In this document: piece after piece, positions 1 to 12,470 of the stretch | Numbering within the stretch: position 1 is the stretch's first letter | Layout: each line of letters starts with the position of its first letter | Assembly: GCA_000934665.2 (NCBI GenBank) | Contig: JYFJ02003986.1 | Span: forward strand, 1-36,655 | Origin: Catajapyx aquilonaris | Lineage: Eukaryota | Reading direction: 5' to 3' | DNA: 36,655 nt | Translations under genes and position numbers: made by a program | The notes under the pieces: generated by a model | The model's input: only the letters and a program-made list of their open reading frames with translations | What the model was told of the DNA's origin: nothing | Database searches by the model: none

Positions 1-217
1 CTGTACGACCTCGGGAAGTGGGAGATCTTTTCCATCCTATATCCTCCTCGGATTGGGGCTTTATATATATTAGATGGGAGGACTCTGGAAGTTGGTGAAA
101 GTCAAGGTCGAAAACCTACCCGCAAAGGGGGGGGGGGAGAACTCGTTCCCGCCTCAATAGTCTTCCCATATCATGATATGAAATACATTATTGAGCCCTG
201 TGGGGGTTGTGGAGAAA

Positions 218-244
218 GGGGGGGGGGGNNNNNGGGGGGGGGGG
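218..244 (+). repeat. Poly-G run interrupted by an assembly gap (N at 229-233)
   Basis: G11-N5-G11. Another G11 run lies at 127-137. Confidence 0.9.
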
Positions 245-279
245 AACTCGCCACGCCCCAAAACGTATCCTTAAAATGG

Positions 280-310
280 GTATGATACAGTGTATGATAC
301 AGTGTATGAT
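280..310. repeat. 12-bp tandem repeat (GTATGATACAGT x ~2.5)
   Basis: Directly visible. Confidence 0.8.
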
Positions 311-456
311 GCGGTGGATGAGTGGGAGATAAGATTTTCACGTTGAGTGCATGGCACTAGATTATAGGCTGTGCTCATGCACTGTTTTCAAGCAACACTT
401 GCAACTACTTGACTCTCCAAGTGCTACAGTATAATAATATTAACACATAAGGATAA

Positions 457-577
457 GGTGCTAGCTGTTACACTAGAGGGATAGATGCCCTGAGACGCGG
501 TCACGAATCCGGCTCACTCTCCACTACAGCCGACTCGAGCTCGTCTGACTCTCTAGTAGGCTACTGTACAAAAGCCC
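457..577. mobile_element. Degenerate PIF/Harbinger-like (Tourist-type) MITE, copy 1
   Basis: Left end taa|GGTGC..TTACACTAGAGGGATAGA and right end TCTGACTCTCTAGT...AAAAGCCC form imperfect TIRs. Internal motifs (gagacgcggtcacga; ctcgag...tctgactctctag) match the reverse complement of 14111-14258. Confidence 0.45.
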
Positions 578-3359
578 TGCAGGGTATTGCAAAATAACTG
601 GAAGGTTGTGTCACCCGGTCTGAACTCATTATATTTATTAGCTCCTCACCGGAATCCAATCATTCCAATGATTCTTGATATCATTTTGCCTCTGGTATAC
701 CGTACTTTTCCTATTTTGCGCTCCTCTCCTTGTTAACCTTCCGCTTCCATAAAAAGACAGTCACGCGAACCCGCGCGAACCTTTCTGAAAATGTGCCCAT
801 AGTCTGTCAATAGAAACCTTGGGGTAGACTATCAATCAGACATTGTTACCCTTTATACCATGTAGAACTATAATGTTGTTTTAGTCTATAAGGCCTATAT
901 AGGATACATACAGTATATACTTGCCACTGGCCAAGTCCACAATCTAACAACGGACCCAGGGAGAAGGTGTATATTGTATACCCAGCAATTCAAACACAGA
1001 AATCAGCACGATAAGTGAAGAGGAAGTGATCATTCCGTCAAACGAGTTTTTTTTTTCTTATACCGGTGCGGTGCTGTGGTTAAGAAATTAAGATCTTCTC
1101 CCTAATTCTCTCTTGAACAGCCGACTTGAATTGTGCGCTACCCTGTGTGCCAGGAAAATCTAATTTTCTATTCATCCTTTAGCAAAAAATCGGGCAATGA
1201 ACTCTTTGAAACGTACAGTATTGCAAAATTGCTACTTGCTACTCCTTATTTCTGTAAAAATACCCTCCCCGTCTATATAGTAATACAACAGTTATGAGAC
1301 TTATGATTTTGATGAGATTACTAGTTCTCTTTCTACCATGATGGAGACAAAGGCGTCAATTATTCCTACTGCAAACCAAGTCATAAGTAGTAATTTCATG
1401 CAAAGCCATGCCAATTGTCCGTGCCAGCTTTCTAACGACAGCACTCCATATGAGATGCGCCCAAAACTCGTTAGACATTGTAGCAAAAATGTGTTCCAGT
1501 CGTCTATTGTGGCTGGCAAGAGCTATATAGCAGTACGAAAATAATGGATTGACGTGCAGCCTGGCAAAAAATGCAGCTCTGCATCCAAGGGAATTAGTAG
1601 GCGTGAAATAAGCATCTTTAGGGCTGCTGCGAAACGCATTTTCCATGCAAATTCCTCGGGAAGGCTAGCTTCCTTCTTTTCCTCCCGAATTTAACTCCGC
1701 CGAAAAAAGAAACCTGGATGCAATATTTGCCATATCTCTTCTAGCCAACTCTCTCGCCTCCTTTTGAGTCGCACAAGCGGAAAATTGTGCCCTAGAGTTG
1801 CTTATTTCCGGCCGAAAGTAGTCGGCATTAAGCAAGCCAGCGAGTTCCCCGGATGAACGGTAATAACTGCGAAGACTAGGGTAAACAGGTTAGCGTCGGA
1901 TTGCTTGTGCAGGTCTGTCCGGGTGAGCTTTTGAATGCCTTTTCGTTGCTGGGACTCTCTTTTTTTGGCGCTTTCCAACTCATGTTGCCTCGGGACCTTC
2001 TACCTTCTGGTCCGGGATACTGCTGGTCGCTTTACTGGATCACATCAAGAGTAGGTCTAATCGTTTCTGGTCCTATCGAGAGGACAGAATTAGTAATAAG
2101 TTTGCCAGTGACGGTTTGTGTGATGTCAGGAATGACATTGATTCTGTGTTTTCCATAAGCAGTAACAGTGATTGTATAGGCGGCCCGCCCTTCGCTCTTC
2201 CTTCATCGGTTTGTTTACCGTCTCATAGTCAACAGAAATCTGCCGAACGCACCCCTGTAACCTCCCACTATTCAAGTTTCCATGGAAATGCCCTCACCCA
2301 ACAATACGAATAAACAGTATTCTTTTTGACGATGTTTACTCATATATTGTTGTGTGAGGACATTCCGTTGACTAGGAGTTGGTAAACAAACGATGGCGTC
2401 AATGGCAAGTTAGAGTGTGCTGCCTATATCAGAAAATGGCACTGACAATGATATCACTGCGCATGACGAAGTTCACGATTAGCCCCGGGACATTCCATCG
2501 CTTTATCCACCTATGTCATCATTGTCTTATACATTACCGAGAATGTGTACATTCTTGCTTGCCCAGCCCTGAGGGACATCATTCAAATATTGTACAACCG
2601 TTACGCAGGATTGCCATAATTACTGTTATTTGAGACGATATAATATTATGATATTATACCGAGCTAGTGTAGCCAGCAGAGGTGACTGCGTTCTCTAAAA
2701 TGCACGTCACTAGGAATTTACTGTATCCTAACTCTGAAGCTCCACCCATCATCCTCTTCTGTTCGGCGTAAAGTCTAGCTGCCAGGATAAACTTGCTTGG
2801 AAAAGTGCCAAGTGCCAACTACCTGAGGGATCGTAAACTCTCCTTCAAAAATGAATCGAAAATTTCCTAATGCAGTTAGTAATTACTACTGGACATCAAA
2901 CTCAAGCGATTGACTAGAAACAATGGAATTATTAATTTCGGTTTTTGTAAGAACATTTTAATATAGCAATGTAGATTTTCTGGACACCTGTGTCATCGCA
3001 CACGCCACTATTGCTGGAAGTGTTATCAAGGCGTACTGTAACATTAGTAAAAGATGATGTGTCTTGAGTGGCACCCGCAATAAGTAGCAGTTTGAACTAG
3101 TAGTTTAGTGGAAAATTGATTTTTCCATGAACTAATTATATTTCATAATTATTGATGATCGTTCAAAGTTTGTTTACAGTTTTCCCAAATGTAGAGCAGC
3201 TTCCTTGTTATTTTGCTGTTGGTTTGAACATTAATCCTTCAATTAGTTCAGTTTGGACTGCTTGCTAACTTTTTAAAAAATGACTCAGGTATTAGGTATA
3301 GGTAGTTATGACATTACTCGACATAATGCACAATGGTAAAAATTACTACCAAATTCCAG

Positions 3360-3481
3360 GTTTGGCAACCTATAACTTTCTACAATTGTGTGCTATAGTA
3401 TATAGCACACGATTGCTCCAGTTTGGCAACCTATAACTTTCTACAATTGTGTGCTATAGTATATAGCACACGATTGCTCCA
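3360..3481. repeat. Perfect 61-bp tandem duplication, each unit containing a ~15-bp-stem hairpin
   Basis: 3360-3420 is identical to 3421-3481. Each unit contains caattgtgtgctata-gta-tatagcacacgattg (one G-T mismatch). Confidence 0.92.
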
Positions 3482-3723
3482 AACACATATCATTGTAATA
3501 TGTGACAGCCATGCCTTGAAATCCAGTCTACCAATCCTGCCTGAGAGCTGACTGCATTATTCCCCTCTGCCTGAATCCCGTCCACCTTTATTTTATTTGT
3601 ACATTTGTGGCAGGTTTTGTAAGCTACAAGCTGATGGTTTTTCTTTACCCGCCTGAGGCCTGTTGGAGAAAATGTGCGAGCCGGGTTTTGCGATGCGACG
3701 ACTCGGGGCGGCCCCTGTAGGCC

Positions 3724-3761
3724 GGGAAGGGTGGCATGGGGCGGGGGGTAGGGGGTTTGGG
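3724..3761 (+). other. Putative G-quadruplex-forming tract with GC box
   Basis: ggg-aa-ggg-tggcat-gggg-c-gggggg-ta-ggggg-ttt-ggg has six G-runs with short loops and contains GGGGCGGGG. Confidence 0.55.
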
Positions 3762-5178
3762 CAGCCGGTAAAATGCAGTAACTCTCCGCCGCAGTGACAG
3801 CCTCGGGCTTGCACCTTGTTTGTTGGTCGCTGTGCAAAAATCCTGACAAAGCCACTGCTCTCCCTCTCTCCCTCTATAGTATATGGAGCTTTTGGGGTTG
3901 GTCATTAAGGGAGCCAAGTTGCAACATTTTGACTCTTGTTGAGCAGGAGAAGGCTTGTTTTCCGCCGAAATGGCCTATGGACAAAAACGGGAGGTCCTGC
4001 GTCGTCAGCGTGTACTAATATTACGTGGCTCTATAGGGACCCAAAAGAAGCCAGGTGGATTGGTGCATACGACTATTGATGCCGCCTGCATGTTGCCAGT
4101 GTGCACAAAGCACAAATTCGGACTGGAAAAATATTCTTTGCAACGCGAGATTTAAAATGATAAATGTGATTTGATACGAAAGCAGTTGTTCTGACTTCTG
4201 GTGGAAATGATTATCTTGATCCTGCTATAAGTCAACAGTTTCAACGAAACGAACACAACCTGAGATTAACACTTACTTTTGAGAGATACAGTACAGTACC
4301 GGTACATGTAAACTAAGCTAAATGCACAATGACACCCCATACCGTTAAGTAAATGATAATTTAAAACTATATAGCATTAATAAATATAACACTTTACTGT
4401 AGCAAAATGTGCTATATTGACCGTTATCCTGATACAGACAGTATACATATTCTGGAACTGTAATTGATTGCTAGTACATGAAATATTATTAGCATATTTA
4501 CGTTATTAACGCACAGAAATATCATTTTAACCTGTTGATTTAGGTAACGCAATTTGATTCTACCCTTGACGTGCGATCAGTGTAATAATTTCAACCACGA
4601 GAGACAGACGTTTACGCCACGTTATTATAGGATGATGGTATCTTAACCAATTATGTCGCCATTCCTTACTGCCTGGATGACTGACGTAATTACTCTCTGC
4701 TACCTCATGTGATCATTACACACAATAAAACCATTGCAAAATTTAATTGTTCAATAGAACGCCGAGAACTCGCTGTACACCGAGGCCACGACACTTGTTA
4801 GAAGGCGCTTCTTTGACGGCGGTATTTTGTCACCATCTGCGGGCTAGAGATAAAGATGTGAACCCGGAGATCCCAGTACAAATGCCAGGTCATTAACCTC
4901 AGCGTTGTCGTCACAAATTGCGTGTTTGGGGGGCGTTGGCGCTCAATTAATGGGAGTCTTTTCTTGTGCCTAGGGATGGTGGCGGTGGTGGGTAGTAATT
5001 TTAAAGTCCGGGCCAAATGTCCTCGTCCAAGGAGTACACTATCCCAGAGTAATTGCAAAGTTGTCTTCATTTCCTAATGGAAACGTTCCTTCATCAAGAA
5101 GGTGGTGGCGGTGGGGCGTCGAGATCTAAATCAAGACGGCTGTTCCCATCGCACCCTGTATAGGAGTTGTGGGAGGAA

Positions 5179-5208
5179 AGGGCAGGGGGAAGGGGTAAGG
5201 GAGGGGGG
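5179..5208 (+). other. Putative G-quadruplex-forming tract
   Basis: gggcagggggaaggggtaagggagggggg has five G-runs with 1-3 nt loops. Confidence 0.5.
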
Positions 5209-7456
5209 ATCGGCGGCCGTCTGGAATTTGGTGTGAGCGAGGTAATGTCCCAAGACCCTTGTGTCATTTGCTTACAAGGAGGAGAATAGGTTGCGTCTGA
5301 ACGACCCCAAAAACTGGAGCCAAGAAACTTCTTTTTGCCTCTCATGTCGTCTTCCTCCTCCCCTTCTCTTCAGATTCCCGGATTTAGTGGAGTCGGAGAC
5401 TCGCTTTTTGCTTACAAAAATGGAATCTTGCCCATAGGGAAGACTGGGGCGGTTTGTTTGGTTTCCTGTTTCTGTACTAGGATTCAGAGTAGAGCCAAAA
5501 TCTAGATTAGAGAGGAAAATAACTCTTCATTTGGCCACTGTGAGGTGCTTGCTCGAGTGTCACCAATGGCGCCGTAACTGCATTCTCTGTGAAGACAAAG
5601 AAGACGCAGAAAAAAATGGTGATGAAAAAGACAAAGGGGGGAAAGAAAAATGGCTAAAGAACAAAGCTGGCAAAAAATATAACCTGCAGTGAAAAAAAAG
5701 AAAGCTTGAAACAGGACATGAATAAAACTGCTATCCAGCAGGGCATATGGTACCTGACACGGTAGACAAATATGAAACAAGTACTGCCTGCATGTGTAAC
5801 GCCAATGGCTATTTGCCAACGTACAAAATCCTACCTGATGTTCCATTCGAAGGAATGTTGGTTACGCTTCATAGTGCTATGCGAGACAAACCCAAGCTAA
5901 TAATATGGTAACTTGATTGATTTTGGCAGTGCATCTGCTATTATTTGCATTCTGCATGGTGCTGTAACCCTCAAATATGACTGACTCAGATCATGTCGAA
6001 CCACTCCCTGAACACTAAACTGCAGGTAGGACAAAGTTGAAATCAGAAAATGCACATATCCAACTGCACCCTTCTCTCCCCTTCTTCTAGCTAACTCCGA
6101 CACCATTTCCACTGCCGACACTAGTTGAAAGTTCTGGGAGCGTTCTCGTTGGAAAGAGAGGGGAGGGAGAGTGGGTCTTCCCCATTTCGGATGCAGCCTT
6201 GATTTCCAACGTGCCGAAATGGAATTTGGGTGAAGAAACTCGAGTCCTCCGTATCGCGATATTGCACATTACGTTGCCAGGCAAATGCCAACAGAAATGC
6301 AATTTTCTGCATGCAAAATAATGGGTCCGGAATGCTAGTAGTGCGACTCGGAGAGAGTTTCAGAGCAGAAACCCTTCCATACATACAGTATAGGGTATGG
6401 TGGCTGGAAGAAGAAGCAACGCCACCACCGACGGCTTCCGTTTGTTTCCGCCAGTACAAATGGCGCCGACGAAGGGGTGTGTGTGGTAGAAAGCACGAGG
6501 AAAAGGAGTGGGGTAGGGATTGAAGGGAGGGGGGGGGGAAGGAAAAATGGCAAACCGTCACTTCTCGCTTGTTTGCCTGCTGAAAAAGGGGTGGCGCAAG
6601 GGAGGTGGAGAGAGATATTTCAAAAACTGCTGCGCCGTGTCTAATGGAATTTCTGTTGTCGTGGGATTTCGTTCTATAGCCGACGACGTTAACCGAACAA
6701 ACAGTGCAAAGCAAGGAAAGCGTTGGGGGTTGTTCCGGGATCGCAGTTTCCTGAATTTACTTTTGCGAATGGTATAATGTAGAGGAAGTACACAAATGCA
6801 CTGACTTGATTTTTCTGTGGACTTCTGCATTGCTTGGAATTAGTCTGGGAAAAGTCATCGATTTTGGAACTTTTTGGCTCAAGTTGGCTCACTTGAGGGA
6901 TCCAAGTTTAAAAAAAAATGAAAACAACAACAAAACATCGAAACATTAACTCATCGCTGCAACACCTGTGAGTGCAAACACACTATACAGGCGCTTCTTT
7001 TGTTTTACGTGGTGCATTGTGGCAGGGTATATGGATTATACAGTATTGTATTATCGATCTGTGCACTTCCTGAAATGCTGTAACCATTGTTATAATACAA
7101 TACTGTATGTGGTATGGATTCAGAACCCCTCAGAACCCAATGAGCCTCCACCTGGAACTTACCATTAAACGTGTGTCTTGCATGTGTTTCAAACATTCAA
7201 TATTAAAACCAGCAATATTAGTACTGTGTTTGGGGTCAATGTTGAAATTTTTGACCCTGTCTCATTCAGTTCCATTATAATTTTGCCTCGTTTTATGCCC
7301 CTCTTTTGCTGGAACCAAATCTCGCGTCATAAAACGTATACCGTATGTAAACTCTTCTTTTGATAATATTTTCAGCAGTTTTCTAGTCTACGTTCCATTT
7401 CTGAGAACTTTATTAAATCACAGTGGAAGTAGTTTTCATAATATTGAGTTATATAA

Positions 7457-7718
7457 GGGCGACACGGTGGCGGAGTGGTTAGCGCCGCGCAGCAGCCTTC
7501 CATCTCGGAGGTCCCGAGTTCGATCCCCGGGTCGGACGGAGGATACTTATGTGAATAGAGTTTCGATGGGTTTTCTCCGTGTTCGCGTGGGTTTGCTCGG
7601 GGTTCTCCTGTTTCCTCCCGCTATCAAAATCCATCACAGCGCAGGCAATGATTAAAGTCGGATATTTAAAAGATGATCCCCTAAGAGGCCTAAGGAGGCC
7701 TGTCACGGGGGTATCCAC

Positions 7719-7770
<52 letters not shown>
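7457..7770 (+). mobile_element. tRNA-derived SINE, family A (V-domain-like), full length with (TTA)n tail
   Basis: A box (TGGCGGAGTGG) and B box (GAGTTCGATCCC). Central ttctccgtgttcgcgtgggtttgctcggggttctcctgtttcctccc resembles the V-SINE conserved domain. (TTA)n tail at ~7719-7770. Imperfect 19-bp TSD: ataatattgagttatataa (7438-7456) / ataatattaagttatgtga (7771-7789). Confidence 0.9.
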
Positions 7771-7773
<3 letters not shown>

Positions 7774-9207
7774 ATATTAAGTTATGTGAAACTACGTCAC
7801 AGATTTAAAGTAAGTCAGCTAAGTGGTAGGACTTATCCATTGCTATGCTTTTACCACGTATGGCACAATTTTTTTATTGCCAGCAATGCTTGAAGAGTGA
7901 TATTAAGAACAAGTAATATTAACTTCAAATAATATATGCCTTCTCATATATACAGTGAAAAAAATGCACGTGTTATAATATACGTTAGTATAGTGTATAG
8001 TATAGTGTACAGTATACTGTAAAACTGTACAGCAGTTCTGAGAAAAAGATTATTATTACACACTAACGTTTATAATAAACTATGTAAAATGTACCTTTAA
8101 TATGATGATCCGTTTACTGCTGAAATCTATTTGTTGCTGTCCTACCCTTCCCCACAAAATTAAACAAAAAAACAGTCGTTATGGCTTCAATAAACGATCA
8201 TGCAGAACTTGTGGGTTAGCCTCGGCTATATTAGCCACGAGGCAGCCAATTACTGAAACTTTTGCATTTTGCGGCTGTTTACGCTACAAAAGAGTTTGGC
8301 ACACTGTTTGCACTCATTAAATTGGCACGCTTTTTGGCCCCCTCCTCTTACCGAGGCGTCATATTTTAGTCAAACCTGTAGATCCGGAACAACGAATGAT
8401 TCGATAAATTTACTTTTGCTTGCAATAAACTTTTGCGGTGGACACAAAGTTGCCGGATGGAGGGCTAATTTCTGAAGAGGCAAGTTTTCCCCGGCAAGGG
8501 TTTTCTACAAACACACTAAGTAAGACTTCAGAGTCAACTTTTCAGAGAAGAGATTCTATTTGCAAACTATCTCAAAAGTCTCTAAGAGTTATGAGAGGTA
8601 TGGTGTGTCTCCAATATATTCAGGAGGTTTTCCTAAGTGTGCAATTATTTTATCCGTTTAACAGAATCCATTCATAATCAGGCTGGCATTTTATTGCAAT
8701 TCTTGACTTCATAAAATTTCGCATATCTCTATGCATATGCCCTAGGTGCCATGTGGATAAAATATGACTCTTCAGTTTGCTATTCACATTAGTATATTAA
8801 TTTATATCTAAATTTAACAATAACCGTCAAGTTAGTATTGACCTGAGGAACTTACGGAATACTTACCTGAACATAGGCGTAGATTAGTACCAATATTTTG
8901 TCCCCTGTCTCCTACAGTACGTTTGATAGTATCTAGCCTCCTCCTTAATAGTTTTGCCTAGAAAGTGTCGGTGGGGATAGAAGTGACGTGGTTGTCAGGG
9001 CTGGGGATTTTGCAGGGATAGGTCTCAATGGGCGGGAAGGGGCGTCAACTCGACGTCGAAAACCCCCCCACGTCTTTTAGTGCTGCTCCCTTGAACTTGC
9101 GGACTAATCCTCTGGGGCTTGTGGCGACACTTTGATAAGACGTGCCTGCCTTTTGTTCCCGGTCAACGTTGTCAGACAGGCAAAGGCGTGGATTTCCCCG
9201 GAAAAAG

Positions 9208-9210
<3 letters not shown>

Positions 9211-9248
<38 letters not shown>
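9211..9248 (+). repeat. (GA)19 microsatellite
   Basis: Directly visible. Confidence 0.97.
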
Positions 9249-9251
<3 letters not shown>

Positions 9252-10280
9252 ATTACACATCTGGGGAAAAGGAAAAGGAATCGTCTTCACCCTGTCCTCC
9301 CCGACCCCTTCCCATGTCCCCATCCCTATACCCCCCTCTAGACAGTTTGCGGGTACAAGAGACGTGGTTGGATTTTAATAAAAGCCTTGGCCCTGTTGGA
9401 ATAAAATTTGACAGCCCTCTTGAGCCAGTTGTGGTATTTTGTCACGTCGTTGGGGATCAAATTTTCAAGATTGCTGAATTGGAGAGAAACATTAATATAG
9501 TGCCAGCCTGTAATTTCAGGACATGTAATCAGGAGTGTCGGGAAATGTGGACAGAATAGAGTGCATCCGGTATTTATATGACACTGAATGACCTTATTCA
9601 GTCACTCAGGATGGAGTTGTCGAAAATAAAAGTTCGGTCAGCTGCTTGTGGAGTGGACTTCAACTTGAGCGAAGTTGTTTGCTAAGGTGCTAGAGGAACT
9701 GAAAGTTTTTTTTGTCTACAGTTACAGTGGTCGACCTAAATATACAGTATAAAGGTAGAAATGCTTCTGTGGAAGATGTAGAGTACGCCTTTGAACAGCA
9801 CCAGATCCAAGGGGGGTACGGAAAGTGAAACTTAACAGGTACTGGAACCAAGTTGTTAAAATAATAGCTGGGCTGCTGCAGAAGTAACTTCTAAGCTACT
9901 GCATTAATTTTTTATTGCTGGAGACAAATGCTAGGATAACTCTTGTAAATATATTAATAGCATGAATGCACTGCACGTAAGTGAAGCGAACGACTAGTTA
10001 AACGTCTCTGCAGTACTCTATTACAGTACAATGGTTTTAAAATTCTACACCGTTATGAAGTCATTTCATTAAGGGATAACAATTATCAGAAGATTTTGTG
10101 CGCCTTTTTCGTATTTTTAAGCTTGCATGTAAATAATATATTATTTAATGATTACTGCCAAGGTCTATTAAATTTTGAAGTTATTGCTTTCTGGATAGGA
10201 TAAACTGAAAAATCATAATTATACCTGTAAGCATAGACCTTGTTCTAAAATAACATCTAATTATATAATTACTGTATATC

Positions 10281-10570
10281 GGGGAGACGGAGTGGCGCTG
10301 CGGTAACGTACGCGCCCACAGATGTTAAGGTCCCGAGTTCGAACCCAACCCCTTTCATCTTGTGCAGAGTTCTCGGGTCGTCTCTGGATTCGTTTCGGGT
10401 GGTATTTCCGACAGACTAAGCCACCCAAGGGAGCTCACAAAATGACCTTACTAGTCGATGCACTGCACCTTGCACATCCCCTCCCAGTCCCCTGCCCGTA
10501 GGCCCGGGCGCTTCTACCATGGCCTCCCCGAATACCTCGTAAGGGGTGGCAAGGGGTATTACGGAAAAAA
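10281..10570 (+). mobile_element. tRNA-derived SINE, family B, copy 1 (A-tailed)
   Basis: Head ggggagacggagtggcgctgcggtaacg...gagttcgaaccc (A/B boxes). Body is homologous to 12012-12222 and 26922-27166. A6 tail. 8-bp TSD tgtatatc (10273-10280 / 10571-10578). Confidence 0.88.
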
Positions 10571-12011
10571 TGTATATCAGTTTCTAATCTGATAAAATAA
10601 AATAAAACAAAAACCTCTCTACTCACAGGATAGCTTAATTGTTTGCCAACAATACTTCAGTGTTGCTATTAAAAGGCACCCTTACTACTTTAAAGGCAGT
10701 ACAATTTGCTGCCATAGATGATTGTGTTGATGCCGCTATACATGCCATGTTTTTTTCTGTATCTTCCATTTGAACAACACAGTTGTTTTACAGAAATTCT
10801 GTTTTTGTATTAAAAAATGTCCATAGCTGGCTGTTCTTTTGTTGTTGGCCGCTCGACATAGCCAGGCCTACACTGCAGTGCACTCCAAAGCATGACTGTG
10901 TATACAGTTTGAGTGGCATAAACACCATCGAAACCCTCTATACCATTGTTATTCTGCAGGAAAAGAGATTGGGCCGGGTGAGTGGTGGGGGCAGAGAGGA
11001 CATAGACGAATATTGGAGCTCACACCGCAATAGGAGAAACGACCCTCTAGTCTACCATGGATATTAATTATTTCCGCCAGGCCATAATTAATTACTCATT
11101 CAAATAGATCACCTTTATAAAATAAACGGTGTATGGAAGGGATTTTTATGCCTCCCTACATGAGATCATTTGTTTAATCTTGCTTTCCTGGTTGTAAATT
11201 TGCGGATAAATCGTCGATTCATTAAGCATCCGTCCACATATTTTACCCGCTGCAATTTAACTGTCGCGGCAGCGGGGGTATAAAATAGACGGACAGCTTA
11301 TAATGTAGTCCTCCCACGGACAAAGTGAATTCCAGAGACTCCTTCCGAGTCTGCAGCAGGACTGCAGTCAGGCAACAAAAGGTGACGGATTACAAGGGAC
11401 TAGTGCAACTTATTAAAACTGGATGCGCCAGAGTAACAAGGAGCAGAATATATTACACGAGGCTAAATTGCTGGATTTTTTTTTGGCGCATAATGACTAG
11501 ATTGACTCAAGTGTTTTGAGATACTGTTTGCATATGAAATTAATGCAAATTCCAAAATTATTTAGTTTACGTTTTTATCGAAGAAGGAGCCTATCAAAAG
11601 AATTGGCAGGTAACTTTGTAATTACAATACAGCTAGTATACTTACTGCATTACAGATAACTAAATTTCATTTTAAAATTACTTAAGCGGAATGTAATTAT
11701 CATAATGTAAATCATTACCAACATGCTTTACACTTGGATTGGAGTGGGTCGGGAATGGAAATCAAATTGCCTTAGAAGCAAGTAGTATACCGTAGTGTAT
11801 GCGAAACCTTGTTGTTCGCAAAATTCAGCAGAATTACCGTACCTTATGTACTTGTACTTGTGAAATTAGATGGGAGGTGACAATTACGAAATTCTCTGGA
11901 ACAGTGAATATTGTGAGCACACCCCGTGGCTGGATTCTGAGATACTGTGAAGCGCTGAGTAGTCTATTATACCAGAGAGATTGGCAATTCCTCTTTGTGG
12001 TGTACATCTCA

Positions 12012-12240
12012 GGGTTCGATCCCAAGCCCGGGCATTCCCCCCTTCATCTCGATCGTGCAAAGTTGGGTCGTCTCTGGCTTCGTCTTGGGTGGAATTCCTT
12101 GAGACTAACCACCCGGAGGAGTTCACAAAATGTACGTACCTTATGAGACATTGCACTGCACATTGCACATCCCCTCCCAGTCATCCTGCCCCTGGGCCCG
12201 GGCGCTTCGCAATAAGGTCCTGTGATGTATACTGATGGTG
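12012..12240 (+). mobile_element. SINE family B, copy 2 (5'-truncated, 3' end abuts a mariner end)
   Basis: Starts at B box gggttcgatccc. Shares gtcgtctctg...gggtgg...ccaccc...cacaaaa and gcacatcccctcc...gggcccgggcgcttc with the other copies. Confidence 0.85.
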
Positions 12241-12246
12241 TATGTA

Positions 12247-12470
12247 CGAGGGGCGTTAGGAAAGTCTTTACACTATTTTTTCCCACAAATACAAGGCCCA
12301 TGCAGGTCAGCAAATAGGCACACAAAATAGAATCTTCGTGTGCGATTACAGGACTACTGCTAGTAGCTAACACTTTAGTTTCAGTTCTACCAGATTTTGT
12401 GTCCTTGTGTCCTAAGCTATGCTGGCACGTATTAAAATTTTCTTCAAAATATTCTGGTTGACACAAATTG
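12247..12470 (-). mobile_element. Solo, decayed mariner element end
   Basis: TA|CGAGGGGCGTTAGGAAAGT matches the TIR of the 14657 element at 16/19 positions. The minus strand ~12350-12405 reads TQNLVELKLKC/ATSSSPV with a frameshift, loosely like the mariner C-terminal IxxLVxRWxKCIxxxGDYV. No partner TIR was found and the internal boundary is uncertain. Confidence 0.45.

Noticed and set aside
3360..3481. CRISPR-like array (palindromic repeat units); also 36509-36642
   Set aside because: Only two units, no series of unique spacers, no cas genes, and a eukaryotic context.
6121..6714. Longest ORF (197 aa, minus strand) and other 60-180 aa ORFs as genes
   Set aside because: No recognisable domains. 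Composition reflects G/C runs and repeats, and the lengths are expected by chance.
7457..7535. tRNA genes at SINE heads (also 10281, 26200-26280, 26921, 34917)
   Set aside because: A/B boxes are present, but there is no clean cloverleaf. Each continues into a SINE body bounded by TSDs.
7579..7893. ORFs with poly-Ile, poly-Asn or (ER)n/(SL)n runs (also 9119-9559, 23716-23931, 27165-27362)
   Set aside because: These are translations of (TTA)n SINE tails and (GA)n microsatellites.
8373..8390. miR-10/miR-100-like sequence aacctgtagatccgga
   Set aside because: Partial match only, with no complementary arm to form a precursor hairpin.
11161..11171. bantam-like tgagatcattt
   Set aside because: The match ends after ~11 nt and there is no upstream star arm.
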